Shown here: positions 58,656-64,000 of the stretch, piece by piece
Numbering within the stretch: the stretch's first letter is position 1
Layout of the letters: each line of letters begins with the position of its first letter
DNA from: Negativicutes bacterium
GTDB taxonomy: Bacteria > Bacillota > Negativicutes > UBA1444
Reading direction: 5' to 3'
NCBI GenBank assembly: GCA_963665275.2
Contig: CAXXIN010000013.1
Coordinates: forward strand, 128,001-192,000
Length of the DNA: 64,000 nt
Position numbers and translations under genes: made by a program
The notes under the pieces: model-generated
Seen by the model: the letters and a program-made list of their open reading frames with translations, nothing else
What the model was told of the DNA's origin: nothing
Databases searched by the model: none

Positions 58656-61484
58656 CTAGGAGTGAGCGGCCAGAAACGTCAGGGTTTCCTCTTCCGGCAG
58701 CGGTCGGCTAAATACATAGCCCTGAATACAGTCGCAGCCTTTATCCGTCAAGTAGTTCAGTTGCTGCTCCGTTTCCACGCCTTCGGCCACAACCATCATG
58801 TCCAAAATATGAGCCATTTCGATGATGGAGCCAATAATGCTCGCCATACTGGCATCCGTCTCAATCACGTCCACAAAGGATTTGTCAATCTTCAGCGTTG
58901 TGACCGGCAATGTTCGCAGATAGGTCAATGAGGAATACCCGGTGCCGAAATCATCCAACGACAACCGCACCCCCAGCAGTTTGAGTTCGGCGAGTTTGTA
59001 GGTCGCCACCTCCAACGATTCCATCAATAGGCTCTCCGTGATCTCCAATTCCAGCTGATACGGCTCGATCCCAGCCTCTGCAATGGCGTCATGCACGATG
59101 AAAATAAAATTCTCCGCGGCCAGCTGTTTGGATGAAATATTGACTGCTACATGAACTTCCTTCCGCCCTAGATCACTCAGCCGTCGTGCGAACCGGCAAG
59201 CTTCTGTCAGCACCCACTGTCCGATTGTCTGAATCAACCCGGATTGCTCGGCCAGCGGAATAAAACGCGCTGGAGAAACACTGCCATACTCGGGACTGTC
59301 CCACCGCAGCAACGCCTCAACTCCGATGGCAGCTCCGCTCGCAACAAGGAGCTGCGGCTGGTACTGCAGGGAAAGTTCGCCACGTTCCAGTGCATTGCGC
59401 AAACTGTGGGTCAGATTTACCAATTCATACGCTGCCGCCTGCATGCTTGCAGTATAGAATCTCCAACAGTTCTTGCCTTCCCGCTTGGCCGCGTACATGG
59501 CGTTATCCGCATTTTTAACGATCTCTTCGTTCGTATCGCCATCAGTAGGATAGGCTGCAATCCCGATACTTGCCGTCATATGAAAATAAGTTCCGGCAAT
59601 TTCGTACTGCTGGCCAATCGCCTTAATAATCCGATTGGCCAAGTCAACGAATTGTTGCCGTTCGTTTGCGCCAGGCATAATCACAATAAATTCGTCGCCG
59701 CCTATTCGGGCTACAAACGCATCGTCGCCCGCCTCCGCAACAATTCTATTCCCAGCTGCAACAATAATGTCATCGCCGTAAGTATGGCCATAGGTATCAT
59801 TCACCATCTTCAGATCATCCAAGTCGATGAATAGTACTGACCCCGACGCCTCACCTCGGCGGGCCTGCTCCAGTTCCTTGCCCAACCGCTCGTTGAAATT
59901 CGCCCGGTTGGGCAAATCAGTCAGCGAATCAAAGAACGCCATGTGCCGGATCGTTTCCGCCTGCTCACGCAATGCGGCCTCGGCCTGCACCTGCTCGGTA
60001 ATATCCTGGATGGTTCCATAGTGTTTTATGATCTGACCCGCTGCATTTTTGACACTGTTCCTTCGCACTGCAATCGTTCGCACCTCGCCATCCCGACGAA
60101 CAATACAATGCATAAATTGATTATTGAATCCAGCGCTCATCCTACCAATCTCCGTTGCAACGACTCCTGCGTCTTCGGGATGCACAAAATCCCTGGCATA
60201 TACCGCTGGAGACATAAAGCGGCCTTCTCGTGCAACGTTCGTACCAAAGATGGCATAAAAATCATCACTGAACTCAAAAAGATCCGTCGTCAGATTATAT
60301 TCCCAGGAACCCAACCGGGCCAATTCCGCAGCTAAGGATAGCGCCTCCTTGCTGGTCATGAGCGCCTCTTCTTTTTGGTGCAAGGCTTCTTCGACCCGGA
60401 CTCTTTCCGTGATTTCTGTTTCCAGTTCCTGATTGAATTGTTGGAGTTCGTCGTTTGCATTCGTCAATTCCTGCGTCCGTTGCTGCACTTCGCTTTCCAG
60501 AATGTCGCGAGCTTGTCTCAGCTCAGCTTCCGTGTGTTCCTGTCGTTTGGCGATACGCATCAAAACCAGGATAAATGCAAGAATAACGAGGGAAACTATT
60601 CCCGCCACCCCATAATAGCCTTCAATTCGCCGATTCACAGCGGACAATACCACCGTTTCGTCAACCCCGACCGATACCGTCAGTGGATAGTCCGTCAAGG
60701 CCCTGTAGCTGTATAATCGGGTGATCCCGTCAATCGGGCTCTTGGCAAAATAAGATCCCGTGTTGCTAACTGCCAGTTTGTCTGTCAAAACAGATCGGGA
60801 CAAATCCTGGCCTACGACCGTATTCTGGTCAGACTGCCGAGCCCGTACGATCCCGTCGCGACCGATCAATACGATAGCGGAGTTTTTCCCCAGATCAACC
60901 TGCTTGTAAAATTCGGCAAAATAGAGCGGATCAAGCGATACGACGGCGACTCCGCCGAATTGACCATCCGGTTTATTGATGCGCCGTGTCATCTGAATGG
61001 CCCATTTATCGGTAGAACGCCCCACTACTGGTTTGCTGATGAACAATTGTTTACTGTCGACATCCCGATGAACCAGAAAATGTTCCCGATCCTTCAAGGA
61101 GACCGGCTCATAGGGACTCCTGCTCGTGGCGGCCAAATCGCCGTTTTCGTCAATGATCCCCACCTGTACGAAAGGTTGTCCAATAAACCGGCCCTCGCTA
61201 ATGTATTGTGAAATATTGATGGCCCGTCCGTCCCGCTCATATTGATACTTTAAGAACAAAACCGCCTGATCCGCATTTTTTATCGTCCGTACCGTGTGCT
61301 CTTCAAAGGCGCGCGCAAAATTGGCAGTTTCTTTCATTGCATTATTGATTTCCAGCTGACGCTCGCTCTGGGCCTTATAATAGAGACCAATCCAAATAAA
61401 GCACAGCAAAACAACACCAAAGAATATGATGATTCTCCCGATATTTCGCAACGCTGGTGAGTTATTGGCATTGTTATCCGGCAT
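58656..61484 (-). CDS. dCache-PAS-GGDEF-EAL protein
   Basis: Two TM segments, DREHF cache motif, GSWEY PAS, GGDEF, EALLRW, DDFGTGYSS; start ATG 61484 downstream of the SigH-like promoter. Confidence 0.92.
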   Translation of the reverse strand: MPDNNANNSPALRNIGRIIIFFGVVLLCFIWIGLYYKAQSERQLEINNAMKETANFARAFEEHTVRTIKNADQAVLFLKYQYERDGRAINISQYISEGRFIGQPFVQVGIIDENGDLAATSRSPYEPVSLKDREHFLVHRDVDSKQLFISKPVVGRSTDKWAIQMTRRINKPDGQFGGVAVVSLDPLYFAEFYKQVDLGKNSAIVLIGRDGIVRARQSDQNTVVGQDLSRSVLTDKLAVSNTGSYFAKSPIDGITRLYSYRALTDYPLTVSVGVDETVVLSAVNRRIEGYYGVAGIVSLVILAFILVLMRIAKRQEHTEAELRQARDILESEVQQRTQELTNANDELQQFNQELETEITERVRVEEALHQKEEALMTSKEALSLAAELARLGSWEYNLTTDLFEFSDDFYAIFGTNVAREGRFMSPAVYARDFVHPEDAGVVATEIGRMSAGFNNQFMHCIVRRDGEVRTIAVRRNSVKNAAGQIIKHYGTIQDITEQVQAEAALREQAETIRHMAFFDSLTDLPNRANFNERLGKELEQARRGEASGSVLFIDLDDLKMVNDTYGHTYGDDIIVAAGNRIVAEAGDDAFVARIGGDEFIVIMPGANERQQFVDLANRIIKAIGQQYEIAGTYFHMTASIGIAAYPTDGDTNEEIVKNADNAMYAAKREGKNCWRFYTASMQAAAYELVNLTHSLRNALERGELSLQYQPQLLVASGAAIGVEALLRWDSPEYGSVSPARFIPLAEQSGLIQTIGQWVLTEACRFARRLSDLGRKEVHVAVNISSKQLAAENFIFIVHDAIAEAGIEPYQLELEITESLLMESLEVATYKLAELKLLGVRLSLDDFGTGYSSLTYLRTLPVTTLKIDKSFVDVIETDASMASIIGSIIEMAHILDMMVVAEGVETEQQLNYLTDKGCDCIQGYVFSRPLPEEETLTFLAAHS

Positions 61485-61526
61485 TCCATCGCCTCGTTCC
61501 CATGCGGTGTGGATATTTGTGTTTAT

Positions 61527-61551
61527 TTTCGCCAAATGATGCCAAATCCCT
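61527..61551 (-). promoter_or_regulatory. SigH-type promoter
   Basis: GCAGGG-N17-GAAA. Confidence 0.45.
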
Positions 61552-61568
61552 GCTGGCGAAGGCTAAAT

Positions 61569-61604
61569 CAGCCCTCATCACGGCTCAATCCGTGATGAGG
61601 GCTG
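61569..61604 (-). terminator. 15-bp hairpin after MCP gene
   Basis: CAGCCCTCATCACGG-N6-CCGTGATGAGGGCTG. Confidence 0.7.
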
Positions 61605-61635
61605 CGAAAGACTTATTCTGAATTGCAATTGTCTG

Positions 61636-63609
61636 CTATACGCGGAACTTGGCGACCGCCCCTTGCAGTTCCTGCGCCAGGGTTGCCAAAGCCCGGCTGG
61701 AGGTGGATATTTCCTCCATCGAGGCCAGTTGTTCTTCTGTAGCTGCCGACACGCTCTGCGCTTCCCCTGCGGACTTCTTGCTCAAATCGCCGATCTTCTT
61801 GACAGAGCCGACGATCTGCTGACTTCCCGTTGCCATCTGCTGGATCGCGCCTGAGATTTGTTTGACCTGTTCCGAAACATCAGTCACCAGGCCGGCGATT
61901 TCCCGGAAGGATACGCCTGCCGCATTGACTACATCTGCTCCGGTCTTCACTTCCCGGGTGCCGTTATTCATCGCGTCTACAGCTTTATCGGTATCGACCT
62001 GGATTTCGCCGATCAGTTCGGCGATTTTCTTGGCGGCGGCTTCCGATTGCTCGGCCAACTTGCGGACTTCTTCCGCCACGACGGCGAAACCACGGCCCTG
62101 CTCCCCGGCCCGCGCCGCCTCGATCGCGGCATTGAGCGCAAGCAGGTTGGTTTGTCCGGCGATGCCGGAAATGGTGTCGACGATCTGGCCGATTTCCTTC
62201 GATCGTTCACCCAGTTTGGCGACCACTTGCGCCGAAGCATTGACAGTATTTTCGATCAAGGTCATCTGCCTGACGGCTTTATCAACGGCGGCTCCGCCAT
62301 TAATGGCTTTGCCCGCCGCCTGCCCGGACTGACCGGATACGAGGTTGGCATTGGCGGCGATCTGAGCTATCCCGGCCGACATTTCTTCCACGATCGCCGA
62401 AGCATCTGTCGTTGCCGCCAATTGAACGTTAGCGCCCTCGGCGACATCGGTTATGGAAATGGCCACCTGATTGGAGGCTTGCGCCGACTGCTCGGCGCTG
62501 GCCGTGAGTTCTTCGCTGGAGGCGGCCAACTGCTCCGCATTGGAATAAATCTGTTTGATCAGAGAACGCACGTTGGAGGTCATTTGCTCGAAACTCTTGG
62601 CTAGACGCCCGATTTCATCGTTGGACTCAATGTTCAGGCTGGTTTGGGAGAGGTCGCCGCCCGCGATGCGATTGGCCGCCGCTTCCAACGCCTGAATCGG
62701 TTTGGCGATGCGTCGGGCAATCATCACAATGATCACCGCCGCGAGCGCCAATACGATCAGGATCGTAATCAGGGAAATGGTTCGCAATCCCGAGATACTC
62801 TCTGTCACTTCTGCTGTTGGCACATTGATTCCCAGATACCACTTCACCCCAGGGACAGGTGCATAAGCGACCATTTTCTCCACGCCGTCGTAGGTATAGG
62901 AAGCGACGCCCTTTTCGCCCTTCAGGATTTGCGTATTAACATTGCGTAATACTTCCGGCAATTTAGTGTCCTTGACCGCATTCACCTTCATGGCGATGTC
63001 CGGGCTGGGGTGGAAAATGGCCAGGCCGTCAGCTTGCATGACATAGGCATAGCCCGTTTTTCCCGCCTTGACTGCCGAAACCTTCTTGGTCAAGTCCTCC
63101 ATGCTGATGGCGCCGAACACGACGCCTGTGACCGTCCCGCCCACTTTTACCGGGACAGCTACTACCGTTACCAATTTGCCGGTACCCCGCGAAATAACAG
63201 GATCAGAAACCGTGGCTTCGCCCTTCAGCGCTCGCTGAATATAATCGCGTTCCATAAGACTCCCGGTTGAGCCGACATTATCATAGAATGTTCCATTCGG
63301 AAACACGTAGCCGTAGTTCGCATACCGCGAGTGTTCTTTGGCCAGATAAGCCAGGTAGGGTACGATTTCTTCGACTTTGGCATTGCGAATAACGGGTGAT
63401 GTTGCAATGCCGGTCAGTTCCAGCTTACAGGTCGCCAGCCACTCGCCAATTCCTCCGGCGGAGTCTGTGGCTGAAACTTGCAGGCTTGTCGTGATATCTT
63501 CGGTAACGACGGAATGAGCCTTCCAATAATTCAAGCCACCTAACGTTCCCAGGGCAATCGTGAGTAAAACCAAAATGATCACAGTCAGTTTCGTCTGGAT
63601 GCTTTTCAA
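61636..63609 (-). CDS. methyl-accepting chemotaxis protein (dCache-HAMP-MCP)
   Basis: ERDY, SDPVISR.TG, GKTGYAY, MCP hairpin motif. Confidence 0.95.
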   Translation of the reverse strand: MKSIQTKLTVIILVLLTIALGTLGGLNYWKAHSVVTEDITTSLQVSATDSAGGIGEWLATCKLELTGIATSPVIRNAKVEEIVPYLAYLAKEHSRYANYGYVFPNGTFYDNVGSTGSLMERDYIQRALKGEATVSDPVISRGTGKLVTVVAVPVKVGGTVTGVVFGAISMEDLTKKVSAVKAGKTGYAYVMQADGLAIFHPSPDIAMKVNAVKDTKLPEVLRNVNTQILKGEKGVASYTYDGVEKMVAYAPVPGVKWYLGINVPTAEVTESISGLRTISLITILIVLALAAVIIVMIARRIAKPIQALEAAANRIAGGDLSQTSLNIESNDEIGRLAKSFEQMTSNVRSLIKQIYSNAEQLAASSEELTASAEQSAQASNQVAISITDVAEGANVQLAATTDASAIVEEMSAGIAQIAANANLVSGQSGQAAGKAINGGAAVDKAVRQMTLIENTVNASAQVVAKLGERSKEIGQIVDTISGIAGQTNLLALNAAIEAARAGEQGRGFAVVAEEVRKLAEQSEAAAKKIAELIGEIQVDTDKAVDAMNNGTREVKTGADVVNAAGVSFREIAGLVTDVSEQVKQISGAIQQMATGSQQIVGSVKKIGDLSKKSAGEAQSVSAATEEQLASMEEISTSSRALATLAQELQGAVAKFRV

Positions 63610-63851
63610 CAGAATCCCGCTCCCTTTCTTCCCCGATATCCTCTGAAGTTACCAACAGAAGTACGCCGTACCCCATCATGCGTACTTTGCAATACCGCCC
63701 CCCTACTGAAAATATCAACCCACACGCAATCATGGTCTTTGTAATCAAAATATTCTAACTTTCCTCATATATACTGTTCCCCCCCGGCAAACTTAAATCC
63801 TGCCAATTAGTTGTGTTTACCCAAACATTAATTGGGTTTCCATCGCTTTAC

Positions 63852-63887
63852 AAAAAAAAACTGACGCCATTGTAAAACGACGTCAGT
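63852..63887 (-). terminator. intrinsic terminator of upstream gene
   Basis: ACTGACGTCGTT-TTAC-AATGGCGTCAGT followed by a T run. Confidence 0.8.
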
Positions 63888-63927
63888 CTGTGAGAGTATA
63901 TTTTTCCCTATTTAATTCACGAACCTT

Positions 63928-63999
63928 TTAATTCACGAATTCATTGGTTTCCACATTGTATTTGACATTGTCAAACGTCACTGGGGCCATGCCGGCTTT
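63928..63999 (-). CDS. 3' end of a gene entering from the right edge
   Basis: ...KAGMAPVTFDNVKYNVETNEFVN* followed by a terminator. Confidence 0.45.
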   Translation of the reverse strand, partial: KAGMAPVTFDNVKYNVETNEFVN

Positions 64000-64000
64000 G

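Noticed and set aside
35927-63900. c-di-GMP-I (GEMM) riboswitches in leaders of the signalling island
   Set aside because: No convincing GGCAAAC...GCAAAG two-stem pattern found by eye on the sense strand.
63911-63939. 13-bp direct repeat TTTAATTCACGAA
   Set aside because: Small local duplication at a gene end with only a few bases between copies; no element inside.

Overview
Chromosomal segment of a Firmicute, most likely Negativicutes (Sporomusaceae-like). This is inferred from MCP style, glgBCDAP with glgD, aas-lplT and SigH-type promoters. No rRNA, tRNA, CRISPR array or intact mobile element was seen. From left to right: glycogen operon; housekeeping genes (M48 protease, Asp23, Fe-S flavoprotein, menA, MCP, BKACE, TetR-aas-lplT); a LacI-controlled TRAP + Zn-dehydrogenase + atypical transaldolase cluster; a polar amino-acid ABC transporter; a modD-modA-modA'-modB-modC-mop operon with a triply frameshifted HTH_17/PBP regulator; a catalytically degenerate IS481-transposase-derived gene; an RsgA-like GTPase behind a leader-peptide attenuator; and a ~28 kb c-di-GMP/chemotaxis/sigma54 signalling island. 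The best candidate for an undescribed system is the 28-34.6 kb Mo/N locus. Three leaders there share an ANTAR-like hexaloop hairpin overlapping an intrinsic terminator. The mod operon and the 'domesticated' transposase gene share promoter/operator architecture. One ModA paralog has lost all three hydroxyl residues that bind molybdate. All family assignments are from reading the translations by eye; no database searches were run.
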